Shown piece after piece: positions 1-9,621 of a stretch of 21,318 bases of DNA. The DNA is taken from the NCBI GenBank assembly GCA_009602735.1, contig WELA01003449.1, positions 180,948-202,265 of the forward strand, read 5' to 3'. Position 1 is the stretch's first letter; every line of letters starts with the position of its first letter. This stretch comes from Mesotaenium endlicherianum. Taxonomy: Eukaryota. The notes under the pieces are model-generated. The model made no database searches and was not told the origin of the DNA. It saw only the letters and a list, made by a program, of their open reading frames with translations. A program made the position numbers and the translations under genes.

Positions 1-3000
1 TGGCGATGGCACCAGGGTTGAGCTCCTCTGGACCATCTGTAGCGCGACAAGTAGCACATTCACAGTTACAGGCGCACATGTGCGCCCTGTTGACGGTCAG
101 GCTGAGCTTCTGCGAGCTTGCTCTGCCCCATCCGTGACCTGCCCGCCCACTGCAGCGCCACTTGGCAATCTTTCTAGCCACACACACGGCCTCTGGCAGC
201 ACTGAGCTCTGATGTGGCAGCTGCAAGAGTATGCCGCCCGGCACAAGCGCTGGATTGAGCCTCTGCTGCAGGCGACTGCTGCCACTTGTCGCTGCCGTGG
301 GGCTGCTCGAGGACAGCTGGCACACGACCCTAAAGCCTGACGCTTCCTGGGTCTTGCGTGGGTGCCAGGCTGGCCCCACCTACACGCAGAGAGACAGCAG
401 GCTCAGTCGGCTCCCTATGGGGGCCTGCCATGACGATCGAGAGGAGGGGGAAAAGGGGGCTACGGGTCTGCGGGAGACGAAGCCTGGCAGAGCTCAGGGC
501 CGACAAGGGAGCGGGGCTTTGGCTCTATGATGAAGATTCTTCAGGTTGAGGCTGGAAGGATGCTTGGGGACAGAGGCTGAGGGCTGACCCTTAGAGAGCT
601 ATGGCTACCATGCAGACAATGAAAAGGCGGGGGGAATCCAGGGGGGAAGGAGGGAGAGGGGATGCCACCNGGGGGGGGAGGGTTTGAGGGGGCTGTGTTT
701 AAGAGCGAGAGATAGAGGGAGAGGGAGAACTACAGGCAGAGAAGTTATAAGTCCTGACATCGTAGGGGGCTTGTCACTTCTGGGTTCTCTCTCTCTCTCT
801 CCCAACTTAAGTGGCTCTGCTGCCCCTGCAGGGAGGCCTGCACTGTCTGGTCCCGACAACTTCCAGGGCTGCGTGCACGCGCCACCTGGAAGCTGCCGGC
901 TTGTTGCAGTGGCAGGGCCATGCGACGCCCCCCTCTGTCGACTTACTCTTGTATCCTACGATTCCGAAGCTCCTTCAAGCAAACACCGGGTTTTGTCCTT
1001 TGCTTAGTTAAGGCAGGTTTCAACCTGAACCCTATATTCTGAACCCTACGCCCAAGCTGTGACCTCAAGACTCACAACCGAAGACCCTCAATTCCCCTGA
1101 ACTCGCCGAAGGTTCTCTTAAAGTCCTGCCCCTCCTTATTTATGCCGACCGCATGCACAAGGGCAGGAAAACAATATAGAAAAAAAGAGGGCAGAAGATG
1201 CACACTCGCATCGATGCGCATAAAACGTGAAACTCCGGATGCTCAAAGACCTCAAAAGTCCTTTGCTGAAACAGGACACCCAACACCAGAGACCCAAAGC
1301 CCGAGCTTAGGCTCCCGCTCACAGCCCCCAGAATAGGGCCGCCAGCTAGCCAACCAGTCAGCCAGTTGACGCCAGCCAGGCTGGGATCAAGAGCTCTGAT
1401 CAGAAACGATGAGACTGTGCAGGAGGCTAAGAGAGGGAGAGGCGCAAAAGAAAGCTATGCGGGCACTACGCAGGCGTGGGTGGGGCGGGCAGGCAGGCGG
1501 TGGGCGGCTGCGGGGGGGCGGCAGGCAGGGGGGCGTGCGAATGGGCAGGCAAGCGGGCGGGCAGGCTTGCGTGTGATCACGAGCATGTGCGCACGGCTCC
1601 CTCCCTTCGGGGCTCGTATGGCGCTCCCACCCGCCTTGCCCCGAATCTCTGACTCGAGTCACTATGGCTTGTAAATTTCTTGCCCCAGAACTCTACGCCC
1701 GTGACCCTGGCCCTGAAGGCTGAAAGTCCAGCGTAAGCGTGAGCCTGCTCCTGCAGGACGTGGCTGCTATGCGTCTGCATTCACGTATACAGAACTGGGA
1801 GGGGGCGGGGGTGGGGGCGGGGGCGGGGTGGAGGGAGATGAGGGTGGGGTAGGGATGGTGCATGCCAAACGACACAGATACCCTTCGCCACCGCACACAT
1901 GCTTCTAGCTCCACCCCCGTATGAGCAGGGGCACGCGTGCGCTCGTGTGTGGGCTGTGTGTTTGCATCTGCGTGCTTTGCTTGCCCCAAAAAGCAGAATA
2001 GACATTAAGGGGGGGGGAGAAGTGTTGTAAGGTCAGGATCTAGCACGACTGCTGATTAAGGACTTACCTGCAATTTTGCCTTCCATACCGTTAAATAGCC
2101 CTGCCAGTGCCAGAAAACAATATGGACTCATATGTTTTCATGAGGTGGCTAGTAAACACCTGATTACCCTCATGTGCTGCACGTAGATTATTTGAATCTC
2201 AAATCATCCAATCATGCCTAGGTGCACATGAGCTCAGCAACAGGTGTGGACAAATGGCTTGTATGCCCACGCTGCGTGCAACAGAGTTCCACTTTCATTC
2301 TTGAAGGGCATAAGAATTTTTATTACCAGCTAGCGCTTCACACGCAAGGTGCATTTTTGAAGCGGTATAAACATTTCCATAAAACTTGCTTATGCAATCA
2401 ATCAAACTCCTGCATATTAGCTCTTACAATAAAGCATATGAGGTGCACCTAGAATGACCAGAGCTATAGTCTCGTACATCCACATACATTTTCTCATTCA
2501 ACTTCCAGACCTGATGTAGTACGCATGCCGGCCGGCCAAGAATTTTGATTGGGCTAGCTACCTATTTGATAGATCTGAAGCTATAGGGCCACTTGATTTG
2601 CTGCTACCTGCAGTACATTCACACCAGCTAGCTTCATCGCGGCTAGAGCCTTGGCATGCAACATGAGGACATCGGTGGCAAGAATTCCGCGCAGAGCTTA
2701 TAGAAGCAGATAGATTAATACGTCAACAGCATCGTCCACACCGAGTGAGAGCCAGCCAGCGCTCTCTTCTTCAAACAGCTAGAAGAATCATACGTGCGAG
2801 CCGCTTGTAGGCATATCACCATACACACAACAAACAAGGCGATTCGGGTGTGTCATTCCAAAAACCAGCGCGTTCGGGTTCCCGCCCTCATCTTCATCAA
2901 ACACATGGGAAGCAGAAGTTCTTGCTCTTCGACACCAGGGGATGCCACAATGGCCTGCCAGGTGGCGCATGCATCTTGATGAGCATCCTTCTGAATCTCA

Positions 3001-3427
3001 TGTCAAGAATCTCACGGCTCTCAGAGTCCCATTCGCACTACAACCTTGCTAGAAGTACCTGAAGGGGCTGTAAAAGAGGGAGCGAACACCTATCAACACT
3101 GACCATCCCTATATATGGGACACTAGGAACTCTACAGACTTCTTGCGGTTGACGCCAGGGCATGCATGCCACACTGACTTGCCAGGTGGCCCATGCGGGC
3201 AGCCCAACAAGCGGCCTTCTCGGTCGTGCACCACTAAGTGCGGGCTTCCAAAAACCATGTTCACACTATACAACCTCAAATAGAGCACCTGGAGGGGCTC
3301 TGAAAGAGCGAAAAAGTACACACCTATCACCTCTAGGCTCTTACCATCTCTGTAGCACTTTTTTTGCTCTTGCACCCACTCTGAAGCTCTTTGCAACACC
3401 ACAGAGCTATTCCGCGCGTGCACTAAA

Positions 3428-3432
3428 TTACA
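3428..3432 (-). promoter_or_regulatory. Candidate chlorophyte polyadenylation signal TGTAA of the membrane protein gene
   Basis: Plus-strand ttaca at 3428-3432, about 57 nt downstream of the TAG stop. Confidence 0.5.
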
Positions 3433-3488
3433 CCGTGCGGGCGTTCTACACTATACGCGCGCCACAACAGACTTTCAGATTGCTGAAG

Positions 3489-3944
3489 CTAAGACGAGAG
3501 CCGGGAGGCAAGCGCAAAGGCGGGCCCGAGCCCCCAGACCGCCACCTGGACGAGCATCTCCAGCTTCACCACCTCCAGGAAGATGTAGACCGCGTGAAAC
3601 CAAGGGCCATATGTAAATGCAGAGCCATCGCTCTCCTGCTTGCCCTTGCCCTTGTCAGACTTGGCGCACGGGGGGACCTCCCGGGGGCTCGCGTGCGCGA
3701 TGACGTGGCAGGTCTTCCGGCAGAGGGCAGGAAGCACCACCAGCAGCTGCGCCAGCACGATGCCGCAGAGGCCCACGACGCAGCAGAGAGTCGGGAGGGG
3801 CGCGTCGGAGCCGGGGCCGAGGACGAGGGCTGCGCAGGCGAGCGCGGCGGCGTGCGCGAGCTCCGCCTTGTTGAGCGCCGAGAACACGACGCCGCCGATG
3901 CTCATGGCCACCGGCATCGTCACCAGGGGCGCCGTGTACTTCAG
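3489..3944 (-). CDS. Membrane protein coding exon 2 (LKYTAP...ASRLSS*)
   Basis: 151 codons plus TAG; GC-rich third positions; three hydrophobic segments. Confidence 0.85.
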   Translation of the reverse strand: MKYTAPLVTMPVAMSIGGVVFSALNKAELAHAAALACAALVLGPGSDAPLPTLCCVVGLCGIVLAQLLVVLPALCRKTCHVIAHASPREVPPCAKSDKGKGKQESDGSAFTYGPWFHAVYIFLEVVKLEMLVQVAVWGLGPAFALASRLSS

Positions 3945-4041
3945 CTGCACCATGGGGGATGCCGCGAGGTCAGACATGTGTGGGTGCGTATGCGAGTGCG
4001 CGCAAGCGTGGTGTGCGTGCGTGTGTGTCTGTGCATTAGGG

Positions 4042-4115
<74 letters not shown>

Positions 4116-4362
4116 NNNNNNNNNNNNNNNNNNNNNNNNNNNNNNNNNNNNNNNNNNNNNNNNNNNNNNNNNNNNNNNNNNNNNNNNNNNNNNNNNNNNN
4201 NNNNNNNNNNNNNNNNNNNNNNNNNNNNNNNNNNNNNNNNNNNNNNNNNNNNNNNNNNNNNNNNNNNNNNNNNNNNNNNNNNNNNNNNNNNNNNNNNNNN
4301 NNNNNNNNNNNNNNNNNNNNNNNNNNNNNNNNNNNNNNNNNNNNNNNNNNNNNNNNNNNNNN

Positions 4363-4415
<53 letters not shown>

Positions 4416-5104
4416 TGCCTTGCCTCACCTACGGCAGGTCAGAGCTTGCAAAAAACCTTGCACGCATGACATGTGGCATGCAGTAAGTAGGGCGCATGAT
4501 TTCAATGCCATTGATAGCGTCCGTTGATTCTTTAATCAACTCTTTAAGTTTTCACACCTGGCGATCAGACGTGATCCATGCCTGCCTGAGTGCTGATAGC
4601 AGGAACGCAGCACTAAGGCTGCGCCAATCAGCAGCAGAGTGGTACAAGCTTTGATCTCATCCACATGCTGTTGACGCAAACGAGTCAAGCTGTTGAACAT
4701 CAGCAGGAAAAACGGAAGCATTCTCCTCCTCCCAGGAGAGTGTATGCCTAAGTAGATTTATTCCATGCCCCAAGCTGTCTTCGTTATCAGGCACGGCAGA
4801 GCTCCACATCTACACGCGCTGTGCCATTTGATTTGGGGCGAGAAGCAGCAGCGCCTTGAGAATTAACACGAGCACTCACCCATGCCGCCATGCAAGAGAC
4901 GGAGAACACCATCCCGATCCAGACCAGGGCAACGACAGCTGACAGGAACTTAGCCCCCACACGTGTCGCGGCAGGGTCTCCTGCGTGGCCACCCACGATC
5001 ATGCAGGCGACGAACGCCCAAATAGCGCTCCAGATGAGGAACAGCGCTGCCCCTGTTGCAGAGAACAGCTTCACACGGTCGCCAGGCGCATAGGATAGCG
5101 CCAT
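3489..5104 (-). CDS. Two-exon gene for a ~226-aa multi-pass membrane protein, DUF4149/TMEM205-like; complement(join(3489-3944,4880-5104))
   Basis: ATG at 5104 with an in-frame TGA upstream at 5152-5150. Donor TGG|gtgagt at 4879. Branch ctgac and acceptor gtgcag ending 3945. The phase-0 splice builds WIGMVFSVSCMAAW|LKYTAP...IGGVVFSALNKAE...LPAL...HAVYIFLEVVKL. Family assignment is from memory of the motif pattern, not from a search. Confidence 0.82.
4046..4412. repeat. (GA)n microsatellite spanning assembly gap 4116-4362, in the intron of the membrane protein gene
   Basis: Directly visible. Confidence 0.95.
4880..5104 (-). CDS. Membrane protein coding exon 1 (MALSYAPG...SCMAAW), two hydrophobic helices
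   Basis: 75 codons; strong gtgagt donor. Confidence 0.8.
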
Positions 5105-5180
5105 GTGGCCACTGGCATGTGCGTACGTGATCACAAGGGTCGCACGATTTCACTTAATGCCGTTCCCACCCCTCCCCCTT

Positions 5181-6708
5181 CTGAAAAGTACTCAATTGGT
5201 AGAAGGACAATTGTATGTGCAGCTGTGCAGGGCATGTACGTAACATTTCAGGTTAACATTAATACAAGACTATAGGGATACAAGGCTAGGAAGTTTGTGT
5301 CCAGCTATTGTTCTTCACAGGAAACGCTTTTTCCATCACTTTCTGCTAGGATGCTTGCTCATGAGAGAGTTAGGAAGTCGGAGCTAGGAGCGCACAACCA
5401 GAGGAAATTGGGGCGCACTCCGTTCGCAGACAGCGTTAATATGATCAGACGAAGTTCCGGCAAACAAGAGAGCCGGACTTGTGAGCCAGCTATCGTTAAC
5501 CTCAAAGGACTCCTCGGCAGCTGCCCACGAGGCTAGTCCATAGAGTGTCAACTAGTTTCTATGTGTGGTCGTGACATGAGACACGGAGAATCGTCTGCGA
5601 CATTCAAGTGCATAGCGGGCCTCTAGCTTTACGAGTGAGTTCAAGAGGGCAGCAAGCTGCATGGAAGCAATAAATTACGGTAGCCAATGTCTAATAAGAC
5701 GTCGGTCTAATCTGCGGCCATCGTATAGATATGGCTAGTCGACCTTAGCTGGTCCATTTGTACAAGCTCACTTGGGTGCTTAATTTGCGGAGTACTCGAG
5801 TTCTTCGTCATTCAGCAATAGGACTTGAAAGAAAACACACTTCGCTTCGCCGCATCGCTTCCTAGCTGATGTGGACACTTGGATGGACTCATGCAAACAC
5901 CTATGTATATGAGAAAGACGACAGCTAGAGTATATACGGCAGACGTAGGAACTTGTGTGTAAGTCCTCGAATCTGGCGAGCGTTTGTTCAGTATCCAATT
6001 AGAAAGAAGGCCCGCATGCACGCTGAGAAAACAATGTGACGCACGCTGATGCGAGCTAAGCAAAAAGAATGTGATGCACGATAACAATTTTGGGCAGTTC
6101 ATGACTTTATAGGACCTCTGCATGGAGCTTGCCATAAGAACTGCAAGAAAGATAAATGAAGGGGACCACGACTCAGACTCAGACTCAGACTCTCGTCGCC
6201 ATTCGTCCCCCCTCGTCGTTGGCTCGTCCCGACGGGCCGGACGCCCGACGGTCCTCCGACGCCCGACGTCACACTCTTCAGATGGTTCCCAACTTGGTTC
6301 TCATAATTTGTATTCCTGGCTCCCGCTCTCATTCGCTTCCACCGTAATCCGTACGAGACTTGAACGGAACCCTTTTCTCTGAGTCACCTACAGTTCTCCA
6401 GGGTGCTCCAGGGAAGTTCAGGAAAACGCACCATATCACACTAGAGCAAAACTGCTGGTTGCGGTGGAGGCAAAGCAACGTGCTTTCAAGCGAAGAAAAA
6501 CTATCAAAGCCTACAGGATCCGTACAGAATTCTGTTATAAAGGTGTTGTTGGACTCTCGTCACGCCCTACTCGTATCTCCAAAGTGCCTTGCAACCCCTC
6601 CAGCCGTCCTTTTTGGTATAGTTGAAATACTTCACTTAGCACGAACGTTTGAACAACTTCATTGATACAGTTTCTACCGAAGTGACCTACAGCTCCCCAT
6701 TGTAGGTC
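5181..6708. promoter_or_regulatory. Divergent (bidirectional) promoter and 5'UTR region between the membrane protein gene and NLE1
   Basis: Start codons point away from each other, ~1.6 kb apart. Lower GC and no dinucleotide microsatellites. Acceptor-like ttttcag (minus, ending 5181) and cattgtag (plus, ending 6705) suggest 5'UTR introns. Confidence 0.55.
6170..6192 (+). repeat. (GACTCA) x ~4 hexamer repeat
   Basis: gactcagactcagactcagactc. Confidence 0.85.
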
Positions 6709-6834
6709 ATGGCAAATAATGTGATCTGCCAGCTGGCAGATCCTGATGGCGGCCAAGTGGGCACGCAGCTCGACTTGCCTCAGGATGCCGGACCACGAGA
6801 ATTGGAGACGTTGCTCAACTCCATCATGCAGAAT
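6709..6834 (+). CDS. NLE1: NLE1 coding exon 1 ([15 protein letters not shown]...LLNSIMQN)
   Basis: ATG at 6709; 42 codons matching the start of the NLE domain; donor gtgagc at 6835, phase 0. Confidence 0.9.
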
Positions 6835-9568
6835 GTGAGCTTTCCCCCCATCCTTCCTTGGTGTCGACCCAAACTGACCTTTCTTTGGGTCTGTTAGAAT
6901 GGTGTGCATGCACGCCGACTGCTTGATCAAATCCAGACAGCGGGGCAGAATTGCTGCCGCTGAGCGGCTCAGTCGCATTTCGACCAAGGACAAGAAGCTA
7001 TTGTGGAGAAGTATGGGGATAAGAAATTTCTATGGGGGGGTAGGCCCAGGTCGGCCTGATGGGAAAGTAGGGGCTAGCCAAAAGGACGGGGCTCGGTGCA
7101 GGTAAGTACATGTCTAATAAACTTATACAGACGTAAGTCTTAACATACTATAGTGTAGTTATATGTGACTATTGTAAGAACTACAATCCGGCATATGTCT
7201 ACCTTCCTTGCTGAACTCTGCAGCCTCACTTTGCCGGAGAGCACAATGTGTGGGGACAGTCTGTCTCTCTTGGGCCTCACACCCGCATTAGCACTGGGAG
7301 CACTGGGGAAGCAGCATCGTAGCACAGGTGTCGGCTGTACGGACTGACGCTTGGGGCGCTCTCGGTTCGCAGCCCCACCCGCATATACACAGGCTTCTCT
7401 CGCACAAGACACTCGGCTCCCTCTCTCTTTCGTTTGCAGGAGGCTCCTGCTCGTGCACGCGACTTGTGCTTCTTCCTCCCAGAGCCCCCCACACCCATCC
7501 CTTCCCCACGTGCCAACCTCCCCCCACGTGTGAACACAGATGATCCAATCCTGGCATGGAGCCATCTGAGGAGCCGAGGATCCCTATATGGAGCGCTCTC
7601 TATGAGCCTTATCTTGGCCCCTCTGGGGCCCTCTACCCTAAACCCATGTGGGGAGCATGACAGGGACCGCATGACCTGGGTTCAGATCTTGGGCCGCAAT
7701 CGACGACGCTCTGGCGAGGGGGCAGCATGATAGGAATTGTGCGGCCTGGATGTGGATCTAGGGCCGTAATCGACAAACCTTTTATGCATGGGCTTGCATC
7801 CACATGAAGCATTCGGGCGACGGCTCCTGCGCCAGGGTTTAGGGGGTCTAGCAGGGCTTAGCGGGGTTTACCAGGTTATATGGGGTTTTTGCTTGGGTTT
7901 CAGTGGACACGATAAGAGATGACGTGTACGTTGGCACGTGTTCCGACGTAAACTACCTGGAGGGCTGAATCCCGGGCTGTCTGTGTGCCGCCTTTTTGGA
8001 TCTTCCAGCTGGCGAGCCTTCCTGGGGTTTCGGGGTTAGGAAGATTGCCCAAACGTTTGGTGTGAGGGCCGAGGGGATAGGATTTAGGGTTGAGGTTGGA
8101 GATTGACTGCAAGGCGGGACCGAAGCTGGCCCCGTCGGGGCTCACCACAAAAGAAAACATCACAAGAGGAGATTTGGGCAAAGGTACCACATCTCACAGG
8201 TTCACTTGGCTGAGGCTCTCGGGCAGAGCCCAAAGCCCAGCTGCCGCTCGCCTTAAACCTTAAACCTGAAATCCTAAATTCAGTCTGCAAGTCTTTGCAA
8301 GAGCAGGGTTCTGCTTCTTATTTACCAAAGCCTCAGGTCCAGGCCCGGCTCGCTGTGCAAGATTAAACCCTGGTTATACCCACGTTCTATAAAATCTTCA
8401 CACTCAAAAAGAAAGATACATATTTATGCATCTCCAAAGCCCAGAGCGAGGTGCTTCTCGGCTTGAGCGCCAGTTGGAGTGGCTAAATCCAATCCGGTTG
8501 GGATGTCCGAAGCTCCAACAGGAACCGCTTGAAAGCTCTTGCTGCATTGGAGCCACCTGAAGCCTCATTGGAAACCCTCAGGAGACCTAGTTGAAAAGGC
8601 CTAAACCCTAATTGTGGGATGTTGGGATCGTTCAAAGCCCTGATTGGACGGCCTGGGCCCCAAGCGGAGCCGCTTAAACCCTGATTTGTTTGAGACCTTA
8701 TAAACCTTCTCTGGAGAACACACACACGCACACGCACACGCACACGGAGAGCACCAATCTGGCCGGAGGTCCTACCCAGAGCGCCTGCAGTCGGAGCGAG
8801 CATGAAGCGCGTGCACAAGTGGCCAAAGCTGACCGCACGTGGCTACGTGGGGACGGGTGGGGGGGACAAATCCGAGGGCAGGAGGAGAAGCTGCCATACG
8901 CCTTCTTCATCGACGATCAGGAGCTCACGGGGCCCCTGGGGGCTCACCTGCTGAAGCATAACGGTGAGCAGCCAAAGTCAAAGTCAACGTCAATGGCGCA
9001 ATCAAAGTCAAACTCAAAGTCAAAGGCACAGTCAAAGTCAAATGTGCAGTCAAAGTCAAAGTGAGTCAAAGGCAATGTCAGTCAAAGTCAAAGCCAGTCA
9101 AAGTCTAGGAGAAAATGCGAGAGAGAAAGGAGTGGAGGAAGAGCTTGAAGGTAAGGTTTGCTGCCGGGAGGGCTTTCCACCTTAAGGGAAGCACGCTGGC
9201 CTCCCCCCCCCTTACTTTCGCTTCCCACGAGACCCAAACCCCCCCCCTCACCCCNNNNNNNNNNNNNNNNNNNNNNNNNNNNNNNNNNNNNCCCCCCCTC
9301 CTGAAGCAAGGGTTGGTGCTCTGCAACTGCCACCTGTGATGTGTAAGGGAGAGTCAGGCTGTTTGCTTCATAGACAAGGGGAACAGGGGGAGCAATGGCA
9401 ATGGTGATGTCGGATGGTGGATGGGTTTTGAATAAGCGGTGGAGCTCCTTGGAGGGTGAGGAAAGGGGTGTGGTGGGCTGGGTGTGGTTCTGAAGTTGAC
9501 ATGACAAAGTTATGCCCGACTCTATGACAGACATGCATGCCTGGCTCTCTCTCTGTCCCTCTCAAAAA

Positions 9569-9621
<53 letters not shown>

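Noticed and set aside
521..587. Box C (ATGATGA, 527-533) and CTGA boxes (577, 584) suggesting a C/D snoRNA
   Set aside because: Short span, weak GU-rich terminal stem, and no rRNA-complementary guide that I could recognise.
2600..2960. Possible decayed P-loop GTPase (IGGKNS..., LLFDTRG on the plus strand)
   Set aside because: No proper GxxxxGK[ST]; motifs lie in different frames with several stops; consistent with chance.
3162..4527. Long plus-strand ORFs (435 and 295 aa)
   Set aside because: They are antisense shadows of the GC-rich minus-strand exon, extended through (GA)n and N gaps.
5105..5134. ORF-track start at 5134 for the membrane protein
   Set aside because: The codon is GTG; the first in-frame ATG after the upstream stop is at 5104.
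6535..6993. 152-aa minus-strand ORF overlapping NLE1 exon 1
   Set aside because: Antisense to a real exon, with no recognisable domain or supporting splice structure.
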